Shown here: piece by piece, positions 47,177-61,262 of the stretch
Position numbering within the stretch: position 1 is the first letter of the stretch
Layout of the letters: every line of letters starts with the position of its first letter
Source: Balanoglossus misakiensis
Taxonomy: Eukaryota > Animalia > Hemichordata
Direction of reading: 5' to 3'
DNA: 64,000 nt
NCBI GenBank assembly: GCA_040954595.2
Contig: CM082584.2
Coordinates: forward strand, 978,281-1,042,280
Position numbers and translations under genes: made by a program
Notes under the pieces: model-generated
Database searches by the model: none
What the model was told of the DNA's origin: nothing
The model's input: the letters and a program-made list of their open reading frames with translations, nothing else

Positions 47177-50100
47177 AGTGGCCAGTGTCGTGCCCATTAA
47201 TTTTGAGTGTTTGGTGGGGTCAACCTTTGCGTCAACATTGATTAACCAGGCCATGCAGAGCTAGTGGCCAGTGTCGTGCCCATTAATTTTGAGTGTTTGG
47301 TGGGGTCAACCTTTGCGTCAACATTGATTAACCAGGCCATGCAGAGCTAGTGGCCAGTGTTGTGCCCATTAATTTTGAGTGTTTGGTGGGGTCAACCTTT
47401 GCGTCAACATTGATTAACCAGGCCATGCAGAGCTAGTGGCCAGTGTCGTGCCCACCAATTTTGAGTGTTTGGTGGGGTCAACCTTTGCGTCAACATTGAT
47501 AAACCAGGCCATGCAGAGCTAGTGGCCAGTGTCGTGCCCATTAATTTTGAGTGTTTGGTGGGGTCAACCTTTGCGTCAACATTGATTAACCAGGCCAGAG
47601 CTTAGTGGCCAGTGTCGTGCCCATAAATTTTGAGTGTTTGGTGGGGTCAACCCATGCGTCAACCTTGATTAGCCAGGCCACAGCTAGTGGCCAGTGTCGT
47701 GCCCATCAATTATGAGTGTTTGGTGGGGTCAACCCCTGCGTCAACATTGATTAGCCAGGCCAGAGCTTAGTGGCCAGTGTCGCGCCCATTAATTTTGAGT
47801 GTTTGGTGGGGTTAACCCTTGCGTCAACCTGGATTAGCCAGGCCAGAGCTTAGTGGCCAGTGTCGTGCCCATTAATTTTGAGTGTTTGGTGGGGTCAACC
47901 TTTGCGTCAACATTGATTAACCAGGCCATGCAGAGCTAGTGGCCAGTGTCGTGCCCATCAATTTTGAGTGTTTGGTGGGGTCAACCTTTGCGTCAACATT
48001 GATAAACCAGGCCATGCAGAGCTAGTGGCCAGTGTCGTGCCCATTAATTTTGAGTGTTTGGTGGGGTCAACCTTTGCGTCAACATTGATTAACCAGGCCA
48101 TGCAGAGCTAGTGGCCAGTGTCGTGCCCATCAATTTTGAGTGTTTGGTGGGGTCAACCTTTGCGTCAACATTGATAAACCAGGCCATGCAGAGCTAGTGG
48201 CCAGTGTCGTGCCCATTAATTTTGAGTGTTTGGTGGGGTCAACCTTTGCGTCAACATTGATTAACCAGGCCATGCAGAGCTAGTGGCCAGTGTCGTGCCC
48301 ATTAATTTTGAGTGTTTGGTGGGGTCAACCTTTGCGTCAACATTGATTAACCAGGCCATGCAGAGCTAGTGGCCAGTGTCGTGCTCATCAATTTTGAGTG
48401 TTTGGTGGGGTCAACCTTTGCGTCAACATTGATAAACCAGGCCATGCAGAGCTAGTGGCCAGTGTCGTGCCCATTAATTTTGAGTGTTTGGTGGGGTCAA
48501 CCTTTGCGTCAACATTGATTAACCAGGCCAGAGCTTAGTGGCCAGTGTCGTGCCCATTAATTTTGAGTGTTTGGTGGGGTCAACCTTTGCGTCAACATTG
48601 ATTAACCAGGCCAGAGCTTAGTGGCCAGTGTCGTGCCCATTAATTTTGAGTGTTTGGTGGGGTCAACCTTTGCGTCAACATTGATTAACCAGGCCAGAGC
48701 TTAGTGGCCAGTGTCGTGCCCATAAATTTTGAGTGTTTGGTGGGGTCAACCCTTGCGTCAACCTTGATTAGCCAGGCCAGAGCTAGTGGCCAGTGTCGTG
48801 CCCATCAATTGTGAGTGTTTGGTGGGGTCAACCCCTGCGTCAACATTGATTAGCCAGGCCAGAGCTTAGTGGCCAGTGTCGCGCCCATTAATTTTGAGTG
48901 TTTGGTGGGGTTAACCCTTGCGTCAGCCTGGATTAGCCAGGCCAGAGCTAGGGGCCAGTGTCGCGCCCATCAATTTTGAGTGTTTGGTGGGGTCAACCTT
49001 TGCGTCAACCTTGATTAGCCACGCCAGAGCTAGTGGCTAGTGTCGTGCCCATCAATTTTGAGTGTTTGGTGGGGTCAACCCTTGCGTCAACATTGATTAG
49101 CCAGGCCAGAGCTAGTGGCCAGTGTCGCGCCCATTAATTTTGAGTGTTTGGTGGGGTCAACCCTTGCGTCAACATTGATTAGACAGGCCAGAGCTAGTGG
49201 CCAGTGTCGCGCCCATCAATTTTGAGTGTTTGGTGGGGTCAACCCTTGCGTCAACATTGATCAGCCAGGCCAGAGCTAGTGGCGAGTGTCGCGCCCATCA
49301 ATTTTGAGTGTTTGGTGGGGTCAACCCTTGCGTCAACCTTGATTAGCCAGGCCAGAGCTAGTGGCCAGTGTCGTGCCCATTAATTTTGAGTGTTTGGTGG
49401 GGTCAACCTTTGCGTCAACATTGATTAATCAGGCCATGCAGAGCTAGTGGCCAGTGTCGTGCCCATCAATTTTGAGTGTTTGGTGGGGTCAACCTTTGCG
49501 TCAACATTGATTAACCAGGCCATGCAGAGCTAGTGGCCAGTGTCGTGCCCATTAATTTTGAGTGTTTGGTGGGGTCAACCTTTGCGTCAACATTGATTAA
49601 CCAGGCCATGCAGAGCTAGTGGCCAGTGTTGTGCCCATTAATTTTGAGTGTTTGGTGGGGTCAACCTTTGCGTCAACATTGATTAACCAGGCCATGCAGA
49701 GCTAGTGGCCAGTGTCGTGCCCATCAATTTTGAGTGTTTGCTGGGGTGAACCTTTGCGTCAACATTGATAAACCAGGCCATGCAGAGCTAGTGGCCAGTG
49801 TCGTGCCCATTAATTTTGAGTGTTTGGTGGGGTCAACCTTTGCGTCAACATTGATTAACCAGGCCAGAGCTTAGTGGCCAGTGTCGTGCCCATAAATTTT
49901 GAGTGTTTGGTGGGGTCAACCCTTGCGTCAACCTTGATTAGCCAGGCCAGAGCTAGTGGCCAGTGTCGTGCCCATCAATTATGAGTGTTTGGTGGGGTCA
50001 ACCCCTGCGTCAACATTGATTAGCCAGGCCAGAGCTTAGTGGCCAGTGTCGCGCCCATTAATTTTGAGTGTTTGGTGGGGTTAACCCTTGCGTCAACCTG

Positions 50101-53100
50101 GATTAGCCAGGCCAGAGCTTAGTGGCCAGTGTCGTGCCCATTAATTTTGAGTGTTTGGTGGGGTCAACCTTTGCGTCAACATTGATTAACTAGGCCATGC
50201 AGAGCTAGTGGCCAGTGTCGTGCCCATCAATTTTGAGTGTTTGGTGGGGTCAACCTTTGCGTCAACATTGATAAACCAGGCCATGCAGAGCTAGTGGCCA
50301 GTGTCGTGCCCATTAATTTTGAGTGTTTGGTGGGGTCAACCTTTGCGTCAACATTGATTAACCAGGCCATGCAGAGCTAGTGGCCAGTGTCGTGCCCATC
50401 AATTTTGAGTGTTTGGTGGGGTCAACCTTTGTGTCAACATTGATAAACCAGGCCATGCAGAGCTAGTGGCCAGTGTCGTGCCCATTAATTTTGAGTGTTT
50501 GGTGGGGTCAACCTTTGCGTCAACATTGATTAACCAGGCCATGCAGAGCTAGTGGCCAGTGTCGTGCCCATTAATTTTGAGTGTTTGGTGGGGTCAACCT
50601 TTGCGTCAACATTGATTAAACAGGCCATGCAGAGCTAGTGGCCAGTGTCGTGCCCATCAATTTTGAGTGTTTGGTGGGGTCAACCTTTGCGTCAACATTG
50701 ATAAACCAGGCCATGCAGAGCTAGTGGCCAGTGTCGTGCCCATTAATTTTGAGTGTTTGGTGGGGTCAACCCCTGCGTCAACATTGATTAGCCAGGCCAG
50801 AGCTTAGTGGCCAGTGTCGCGCCCATTAATTTTGAGTGTTTGGTGGGGTTAACCCTTGCGTCAACCTGGATTAGCCAGGCCAGAGCTAGGGGCCAGTGTC
50901 GCGCCCATCAATTTTGAGTGTTTGGTGGGGTCAACCTTTGCGTCAACCTTGATTAGCCACGCCAGAGCTAGTGGCCAGTGTCGTGCCCATCAATTTTGAG
51001 TGTTTGGTGGGGTCAACCCTTGCGTCAACATTGATTAGCCAGGCCAGAGCTAGTGGCCAGTGTCGTGCCCATTAATTTTGAGTGTTTGGTGGGGTCAACC
51101 CTTGCGTCAACATTGATTAGCCAGGCCAGAGCTAGTGGCCAGTGTCGCGCCCATCAATTTTGAGTGTTTGGTGGGGTCAACCCTTGCGTCAACATTGATT
51201 AGCCAGGCCAGAGCTAGTGGCGAGTGTCGCGCCCATCAATTTTGAGTGTTTGGTGGGGTCAACCTTTGCGTCAACATTGATTAACCAGGCCATGCAGAGC
51301 CAGTGGCCAGTGTCGTGCCCATCAATTTTGAGTGTTTGGTGGGGTCAACCTTTGCGTCAACATTGATTAACCAGGCCATGCAGAGCTAGTGGCCAGTGTC
51401 GTGCCCATCAATTTTGAGTGTTTGGTAGGGTCAACCTTTGCGTCAACATTGATTAACCAGGCCATGCAGAGCTAGTGGCCAGTGTCGTGCCCATCAATTT
51501 TGAGTGTTTGGTGGGGTCAACCTTTGCGTCAACATTGATTAACCAGGCCATGCAGAGCTAGTGGCCAGTGTCGTGCCCATCAATTATGAGTGTTTGGTGG
51601 GGTCAACCCTTGCGTCAACCTTGATTAGCCAGGCCAGAGCTTAGTGGCCAGTGTCGTGCCCATCAATTTTGAGTGTTTGGTGGGGTCAACCCTTGCGTCA
51701 ACCTTGATTAGCCAGGCCAGAGCTAGTGGCCAGTGTCGTGCCCATCAATTATGAGTGTTTGGCGGGGTCAACCCTTGCGTCAACATTGATTAGCCAGGCC
51801 AGAGCTTAGTGGCCAGTGTTGCGCCCATTAATTTTGAGTGTTTGGTGGGGTCAACCCTTGCGTCAACCTTGATTAGCCAGGCCAGAGCTAGTGGCCAGTG
51901 TCGTGCCCATCAATTTTGAGTGTTTGGTGGGGTCAACCTTTGCGTCAACATTGATTAGCCAGGCCAGAGCTAGTGGCCAGTGTCGCGCCCATTAATTTTG
52001 AGTGTTTGGTGGGGTCAACCTTTGCGTCAACCTTGATTAGCCAGGCCATGCAGAGCTAGGGGCCAGTGTCGTGCCCATCAATTTTGAGTGTTTGGTGGGG
52101 TCAACCTTTGCGTCAACCTTGATTAGCCAGGCCATGCAGAGCTAGTGGCCAGTGTCGTGCCCATCAATTTTGAGTGTTTGGTGGGGTCAACCTTTGCGTC
52201 AACATTGATTAACCAGGCCATGCAGAGCTAGTGGCCAGTGTCGTGCCCATTAATTTTGAGTGTTTGGTGGGGTCAACCTTTGCGTCAACATTGATTAACC
52301 AGGCCATGCAGAGCTAGTGGCCAGTGTCGTGCCCATCAATTTTGAGTGTTTGGTGGGGTCAACCTTTGCGTCAACATTGATTAACCAGGCCATGCAGAGC
52401 TAGTGGCCAGTGTCGTGCCCATCAATTTTGAGTGTTTGGTGGGGTCAACCTTTGCGTCAACATTGATTAACCAGGCCATGCAGAGCTAGTGGCCAGTGTC
52501 GTGCCCATCAATTTTGAGTGTTTGGTGGGGTCAACCTTTGCGTCAACATTGATTAACCAGGCCATGCAGAGCTAGTGGCCAGTGTCGTGCCCATCAATTT
52601 TGAGTGTTTGGTGGGGTCAACCTTTGCGTCAACATTGATTAACCAGGCCATGCAGAGCTAGTGGCCAGTGTCGTGCCCATCAATTTTGAGTGTTTGGTGG
52701 GGTCAACCTTTGCGTCAACATTGATTAACCAGGCCATGCAGAGCTAGTGGCCAGTGTCGTGCCCATCAATTTTGAGTGTTTGGTGGGGTCAACCTTTGCG
52801 TCAACATTGATTAGCCAGGCCATGCAGAGCTAGTGGCCAGTGTCGTGCCCATCAATTTTGAGTGTTTGGTGGGGTCAACCTTTGCGTCAACATTGATTAG
52901 CCAGGCCATGCAGAGCTAGTGGCCAGTGTCGCGCCCATTAATTTTGAGTGTTTGGTGGGGTCAACCTTTGCGTCAACCTTGATTAGCCAGGCCATGCAGA
53001 GCTAGGGGCCAGTGTCGTGCCCATCAATTTTGAGTGTTTGGTGGGGTCAACCTTTGCGTCAACCTTGATTAGCCAGGCCATGCAGAGCTAGTGGCCAGTG

Positions 53101-54293
53101 TCGTGCCCATCAATTTTGAGTGTTTGGTGGGGTCAACCTTTGCGTCAACATTGATTAACCAGGCCATGCAGAGCTAGTGGCCAGTGTCGTGCCCATTAAT
53201 TTTGAGTGTTTGGTGGGGTCAACCTTTGCGTCAACATTGATTAACCAGGCCATGCAGAGCTAGTGGCCAGTGTCGTGCCCATCAATTTTGAGTGTTTGGT
53301 GGGGTCAACCTTTGCGTCAACATTGATTAACCAGGCCATGCAGAGCTAGTGGCCAGTGTCGTGCCCATCAATTTTGAGTGTTTGGTGGGGTCAACCTTTG
53401 CGTCAACATTGATTAACCAGGCCATGCAGAGCTAGTGGCCAGTGTCGCGCCCATTAATTTTGAGTGTTTGGTGGAGTCAACCTTTGCGTCAACCTTGATT
53501 AGCCAGGCCATGCAGAGCTAGGGGCCAGTGTCGTGCCCATCAATTTTGAGTGTTTGGTGGGGTCAACCTTTGCGTCAACCTTGATTAGCCAGGCCATGCA
53601 GAGCTAGTGGCCAGTGTCGTGCCCATCAATTTTGAGTGTTTGGTGGGGTCAACCTTTGCGTCAACATTGATTAGCCAGGCCATGCAGAGCTAGTGGCCAG
53701 TGTCGTGCCCATTAATTTTGAGTGTTTGGTGGGGTCAACCTTTGCGTCAACATTGATTAACCAGGCCATGCAGAGCTAGTGGCCAGTGTCGTGCCCATCA
53801 ATTTTGAGTGTTTGGTGGGGTCAACCTTTGCGTCAACATTGATTAACCAGGCCATGCAGAGCTAGTGGCCAGTGTCGTGCCCATCAATTTTGAGTGTTTG
53901 GTGGGGTCAACCTTTGCGTCAACATTGATTAACCAGGCCATGCAGAGCTAGTGGCCAGTGTCGTGCCCATCAATTTTGAGTGTTTGGTGGGGTCAACCTT
54001 TGCGTCAACATTGATTAACCAGGCCATGCAGAGCTAGTGGCCAGTGTCGTGCCCATCAATTTTGAGTGTTTGGTGGGGTCAACCTTTGCGTCAACATTGA
54101 TTAACCAGGCCATGCAGAGCTAGTGGCCAGTGTCGTGCCCATCAATTTTGAGTGTTTGGTGGGGTCAACCTTTGCGTCAACATTGATTAACCAGGCCATG
54201 CAGAGCTAGTGGCCAGTGTCGTGCCCATTAATTTTGAGTGTTTGGTAGGGTCAACCTTTGCGTCAACATTGATTAACCAGCCCATGCAGAGCT
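47177..54293. repeat. Satellite array, 86-bp unit (82-83-bp variants), about 84 copies
   Basis: Unit AGTGGCCAGTGTCGTGCCCATYAATTTTGAGTGTTTGGTGGGGTCAACCTTTGCGTCAACATTGATTAACCAGGCCATGCAGAGCT. Confidence 0.97.
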
Positions 54294-54894
54294 ACATGTA
54301 TGTTGCCTGTAAGGCACACATCTCCAATTGGTACATTGGGCCTATCATACTGTACATGTACAACTAGGAAAATGTATTTCATCATATTTCCATAGTCAGC
54401 AGCTTCAAGAACATGTTGCCTTCTCTATATGAATGTTTAGACTAAAAAGAAGTATAAGAAGAATAAAGTTGTCCAATTATTGTTGGCAGGGGTGGGGATG
54501 TGTGCTCCCATACAAATGTATATGGGTATGTACTCTTTAAGAAAAACCTTCATATGCAAGAGAAAAATGGTAAATGACAAAGAAAATTTGACTGGTATTA
54601 CAATAGGTCGGGTTTTTGGCATTTACACATATTGATGTTATCAACCGGGAAGCACACTACGTGCTGAAAATAATTGGAGACCTCTCGCCCGGGGTGTCGG
54701 CCAATGGCCACATACATTTCCAGTCCTAAACCTTGCATCAGTTCTGTGGTGCGGATTAAGAAATAAGATTGGCGCTACAATATGCCCACTTAGTTTGAAA
54801 TGGATTCTGCATATATACATGTAAACACATTGAAAATGAGACATTACACATATAATCATGGGACAAGAAGGGCAAAAATTAAATTATCCAGCAG

Positions 54895-55565
54895 GTGTTC
54901 GAATTATGCAAATTAGAACAGTTGTCTAATATTGCCATGTCAACCACGTTGAAATTGTTTTAGGTACCCATATTAATTAAAACCGTGAAAATGCGATATT
55001 ACACACCATATAAGACAAACCATGGAAATTTACATGTTAGAGAAGTTTGTCAGCCATTTTGGATTATGCAAATAAGAACAGTTGTCTAATATTGCCATGT
55101 CAACCATGCTGAAATTGTTTTAGTTACCCATGTTGATGAAAACCCTGCAAATGCGATTTTAGGCACCATATAAGACAAAACAGGGAAATTTACATTTAAG
55201 AAGAGTTTGGTGGCCATTTTGGATTATGCAAATTAGAACAGCTGTCTAATATTGCCATGTCAACGACGTTGAAATTGTTTTAGGTACCCATATTGATGAA
55301 AACCCTGCAAATGCGATATTACACACTATTAAAGACAACCATAGTAAATTTACATGTTAGAGAAGTTTGTCGGCCATTCTAGATTATGCAAATTAGAACA
55401 GCTGTCTAACATTGCAATGTCAACCACGTTGAAATTGTTTTAGGTACCCATATTGATGAAAACCCTTCAAATGCGATACTACACGCTATTTAAGACGACC
55501 ATAGGAAATTTACATGTTAGTGGAGTTTGGCGGCCATTTTGGACTATGCAAATGAGAAGAGTTGA
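54895..55565. repeat. 160-bp tandem repeat, ~4 copies
   Basis: ATTATGCAAAT(T/A)AGAACAG recurs at 54903, 55063, 55223, 55383 and, degenerate, at 55543. Confidence 0.9.
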
Positions 55566-55964
55566 ACAAAAAATGCCATATTTGCAATGCTGTTGTCTTG
55601 TTTTGGGTGCCTATGTTAAGGCTTGAAAATGAAAGCTTATTCACCATTTTGGCACAAACAGTGGCGAGAAGGTGTTCCAATGTAACTTAGAAGAGTTGCC
55701 ATATTTGCAATACAGTTATATTGTTTAAGGTATGAATGCAAATCCTGAATATTAGATTTATAACAATTTCATTGGAAAGAACATTTGTAGGTTCATCATT
55801 GACCCCATAGGACTGTCAACTCGACTACAGACAGTCTCGATGAACACAAGACATGATCCCAATTTGCAAGCTGAGTTGAAACTGACTGCTGCAGTAACTT
55901 TAGCTCTGGGAATGTCTTGTGTGATTTAAAGCAATTGATGACCAAATTTAACACAGTTTCTCTG

Positions 55965-56707
55965 AGGTAACCACTTAGCTTTCGTGACTGGTTGTTTAAG
56001 AATCCAAAAAACATGAATTCTACCCAATGAATTCAACCCTTAGAATTTCACAACTGTAACAGAGTTTGCAGTCATGCACAAAAGTGTGTATCATACACAT
56101 AAGAAATTTCTCACATGTATTTTTATGATGGCAATGCATTCGACTGTAAACAAACATTGACATCAGTCAGTAGCGCTATTTTGTCAGTGAAATGGCTTCA
56201 TCATCATCCCTCCAACCAAAGTTGAAACTGAGTTGCAAATATTGCACAGCTTGAAATCATAAAATGTTGCAAAATTGAACCAACAGTTCGGTCAATGATC
56301 AAGTTCTTACAGCTATTATTAGAACCAGACAATCTCAGCGAACAAGAGACATGGGCCTTATTTGCAAGTCGAGTTAGAACTGCCTTTGCCTGCCCACGGA
56401 CGCCCCAGTTTCAGCAAAAATTATTGCATTAAAATGTGAGTATGGAGAACTATGCTCTGTGTTCCTTTTGTTAGCTTACATAGCTGTTGTCATTCTAGTT
56501 TTTCCTCTGTCCTGTGAACATAGTTTCAGTTGCGAAAACCGACAGTTCTCAAAGTACAAAAGTACACCTAAATTGCCTCGGTGATGAGCATGCAGAATTT
56601 ATCTGATGCTTTTTACTGGCAGAAGGACCCCACCAGTTGCAGATTGTCAATTCCATGGCACAAGGGAATTTACGCTTTGCGTTCAAATATAAATAATTAA
56701 AACCTGT
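55965..56707. repeat. ~740-bp inverted repeat, left copy (partner 62999-63737)
   Basis: For example 56162-56220 is the reverse complement of 63486-63544. Confidence 0.9.
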
Positions 56708-58035
56708 TTAATTTTTCTATATGTTCTTTAGTGATGATTCAAAAGTATTATGACTGCTAGTGTGATTAATATTCTATTTTCAAAATGTGTTTCTCTTAAT
56801 GATTATGAATACATCAAAATTTATGCTTTAAAATTAAATCATTATACCTGAAATATTGCAAATATTTGGAGGGTTGCATTTAATTTGAAGTTCTTGATCA
56901 AAGTTTTAGGCATAAAAAAGGTGCTACACCCCCGAAAAATTGGTAGCTATGAATTCAATTCAAAGAGTGTTGTAATGTCTGTTTTGCAACAGGGTGCCAG
57001 TTCAACAAAGCGCATGAGGATAGTAAATCACCTTTGTGAATTTTGTGCACCACAGTAAGAATTCCCTAGAAACTGCAAACTAAATTGCAAAGCAATCAGA
57101 CAAAAATGGCAGAAATTGCCAAAAAAAAAAAAAAAACAATATTGTCACTTCCATCACTGGGTTTGTTAAATTGTCATAAAATCACACCTAAGAACATGCA
57201 AACCAAATTTTAAAAAAAATGTGGGTAGAGGTTTCTGAGTATATGACGACCAAAATCACCCCAAAAATATACTTTAAAAATGAAAAATAAAATCTGTATA
57301 AAGTCTCAATAACATAAATACACACCAATTTCTAAAGCAATCTGACCAGTACCTTCTTGAGTTTCTGAGTTTAGAACAATATCACATTGGTCCCAATGGT
57401 ATATTGACATATACAAAATTGGACCTAAAGAGTAAAACACATTTCAAAGATTTTACAATTAAAGCCTCACAAGCTGCCAAATTTTACACATCTTTTTCCA
57501 CAATAACATTTTTCAAATCATCCACCTATCCTTTAAAATCAGCACCATTGAGCCATATTACTTGAATTTGCATGGGGTTTGTCATCTCTCTGCGATGTGT
57601 ACCCTCCATATGGAGGCTGATTAAAACAGGTGTGGCGCTCGTTTAATATCTGACTTCTTTAAATTGCAACATACAGGCACATTCATTAGTCAATAAAATG
57701 TTCATGTATACCTATCAGTCAGTTTGTTTAGATGAACAAATCTAAGATGGAAAGTAATATCATGAAAATACTGAAAGATTGGAAACTCTGAGTTTGAGTC
57801 TAAGGATAACAAGGGAACCTCTCTACTATTTGACGCACCAAAGCTATGAAAAACTTCCTTCTTTCCCTCAAATATTTTTTATGAATATGTTCTACTCCGT
57901 GATTAAAATTTCCCTTTTACCAAATGTACATATGTAAGAGACGAGATTTTTTCAGCAAAATTTCAAATGGCCTAGGGTGACTTTTTACCTACTTACCCAT
58001 ATTGGGTAGCATGAAACACAGAATGGCATACCAGT

Positions 58036-59219
58036 GGGTTAGAGATACAGCGTTTTATATTAACATGAATTAACATGAAACTAAAAATTTGATGGTTTAC
58101 TTAGGACTGCCTTGATCCATGGTAACCTCATTAAATATGTACATATCTAATTCTAGGCTATCCAGTTGCGGTAGAAACCTGGACATGGACAACTTTGGGG
58201 TCAAAATCTTTTGACAAAATGTTGGGTGATCTTGGGTAAACTTTGACCTACATTCCTATATCTTGGCATCCGGCACAGATACATCCTTGACACTTGGAGT
58301 GATGGAACTGCATAATGGAGTATTATGTCTCAGCTAGTCACAGTGCTTTTGCTGTGTTTTATGTCTTTTATTCAGCCAAATTAGATGTTTTTCATTACAC
58401 ATTGGCTGTGTTTGCCAGTACTTTTTAGCTGGTCACACTGCCTTAACACAATGTATTCTCTAAATACTCTGCAATCTTTATGAAGCATATACAGCAGACA
58501 AAGTTGTGGTAAGACTAAACTTGCCCTTCTTTGTGATTAAAGCATGACCGGCCTGTCTTAGGTGGCCCCTACCTAGGGGCTTTACCCGTCATTGGCTCAC
58601 AGTCTGAGAAATCAGCTCTGCAGGGAAGTTAACGATGTAACCCACCATTAAAGCTTGGATTTCCGCTTTTTGTATTTGATGCCTGGCTGAGGCCTTCTTA
58701 GGATCTACCCAACGCTGAGTAGGCTATCCCGTCATTGGCACACAGTCTCAGGGAGGGAGTCAAAAGTTCAGTATACCATCAAAGCCTTTAAATTGTCCAT
58801 TCTTTTTAAGAGAAGGCTGGCTGCTGTAGAAAAATGTTGATCTCAAATTTATCATGTCCAAAAAGCCAGACTTCCAGCCCTATTGGTTAGGCTGGCATTA
58901 GGTAAGTACATAATTAATGAGGCAAGACATAATACTCAATCAAATAGTTCCATCACTCCAAGTGTCAAGGTTGTATCTGCTCCGGATGCTAAAATATAGG
59001 AATGTAGGTCAAAGTTTACCCAAGATCACACAAATGTTTGTCAAAAGATTTTGACCCCGAAGTTGTCCATGTCCAGGTTTCTACTTCAGCTGAATAGCCT
59101 AGAATTAGATATGCACATATTTAACGAGGTTACCATTGCTCAGGGGGGTCTTAAATTAACCATCAAATTTTAGTTTCATATTAATGCATATTAATATAAA
59201 ACACTGTATCTCTAACCCT
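58036..59219. repeat. Inverted pair (58036-58330 and 58922-59219) of old HINE-like fragments
   Basis: Mutual reverse complements, and similar to internal repeats of the 8-19 kb elements. Confidence 0.75.
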
Positions 59220-59769
59220 ACAGGTAAGCCTAGAATTAGGTACATGTACATGCGTAAGTTTTTGACAAGACAGTTAAGCTGTAATATATGTACATGAACC
59301 TTGACAATTGACTTAAAATAACATAAAGGCAGAACTGATACTGATTGGAGATAGATATTACTAATGACAGTGATGTTAATTACACCAGGAATGTTTGTCT
59401 TAGTATACGGTAGCTAACCGACTGCTTGAGGTTAAGTAATAAAAGTGCCCACTTGCGATTCACCTTCAAATAGCTACTTAGTCTTTGGTACATGTACATT
59501 GTTTTTCCAATGATTAGACAAAGGATATACATACGTGTAATTAAGGTTGGGTAGCATTTTCAATGTAATAAGCCCTGCCTTCACTATAATCTTACACCAA
59601 ATCAACACTGTTCAGTAATGTGATAGGCTTCAAAGCGACGCTAGTTACATCATAATTCCCAGCAAGGGGTATTAGTTTATTGGGCAAGTGGCATGAGTGA
59701 GGCCAGACATTAGTTTTGGAAGCAAAGCGGACAGAACACTGCCGGGCATAGACTAGGTAGTTCTGAACG

Positions 59770-61262
59770 GTCCTGTTTCATAAGTCAGGTCCATGACATA
59801 TGTACCGACATCTGTGATTGGTCCATCTGGTAATCTTAGGTCCACTTGAGGCACGGTGATTGGAGGGACCTTATGTGTTAGGTCTTATTATTATGTATTA
59901 TTCACTAGACCTTGTAGGTTAGGTCTTATTACTATGTATTATTCACTTTACAGCTCCCTGATTGGTTAATGTGTAGGTCTGGTCCTCCAGTGTTCACTGC
60001 CTCATTATGCAGGACCTTGTAGGTTAGGTCTTATTAACATGCATTTATTCAATTGTCAGCTCCCTGATTGGTTAATGTGTAGGTCTCCAATTTTCACTGC
60101 CTCGTTATGCAAAGTCTTTTGTACTTTCTGAATACAGTTGTCGTATTCTGTCTGGCATGCTGCCTGCGCGTTGTCGAAGCTCGATCCCAGTGTATAAAGA
60201 AAGGCACTCATATAATGATTGGATTTAACATTTCCTTCACTATTCATGGCATTTTTTTGTGATACTGTGAACTAGATACTCGAAATAAAAATTGCCAGGA
60301 GAATTTTTTTATGTTATTTCCAGTGGCGGTTTGTTGAAATGGGCTAGTGTTTTGTTACGTAATGCTTTTCAGCGCATCACTTCGTGTAACACCTGGCTGA
60401 ATACGAAGTGTGTGCTATTCATTCGAGCAAACCAAAAATATCTTACAATAGAACTGTTTAGAATAGCATTGCATTTCTTTAATTGGGATACCTCATTAGT
60501 TGCTTTACAGGTATGATTACTTTTATTGTACTTCTTTCACGAAGCTGCACCGTCATAGTTCCATTTTTATGAAAACAATATACGAATGTATAAACGGACA
60601 ACGTACTCCTTTTCACAACATCTACGTCAAAACAAATTTACTTTAAAATAGTAAAACAACAATAATAATATTGATGATGAGAAGTAGGAGGGTGATTTAA
60701 GAAAATATACAACTGTTAGCAAAAATGCTTAGATGTGTTAATCAGATTTTCAAAGTCCATCTAAAAATCATTTAATCTTTCCAGGGTGCAGTTTATGTTG
60801 GAGATAGTATCAGTCAGGCTATTTCTCAGAAAATTAATGAATGATCTGCGGACATACCGAATAATGTGTTACCACAACGCTAGCCAGGAAGCACATGGGA
60901 CATTTCACAATGAGGCAGTGAACACTGGGAGACCAGACTGACACGTTAACCAATCAGGGAGCTGTATGGTGAATAAATACATATTAATATGACCTAACCT
61001 ACAAGGTCCTGTATTATGAGGCAGTGAACACATGGGGGACCAGACTGACACGTTAACCAATCAGGGAGCTGTAAAGCGAAAAATGCATAGTAATAAGACC
61101 TAACCTACAAGGTCTAGTGAATAATACATAATAATAAGACCTAACCTACAAGGTCCCTCCAATCAGCGTGCCGCAAGTGGACCTAAGAGAAGCGGATAAA
61201 CCAATCATAACATGCAAAACATGTGTATAGGACGTGTAATGTAGGTCATTTTGAAACAGGAC
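59770..61262. mobile_element. Degenerate element with ~350-bp internally repetitive inverted ends
   Basis: 59770-60110 mirrors 60908-61262; subrepeats GACCTTGTAGGTTAGGTC and CAGCTCCCTGATTGGTTAA. Confidence 0.6.

Noticed and set aside
47177-54293. CRISPR array
   Set aside because: Units are contiguous with no unique spacers, there are no cas genes, and the context is eukaryotic.
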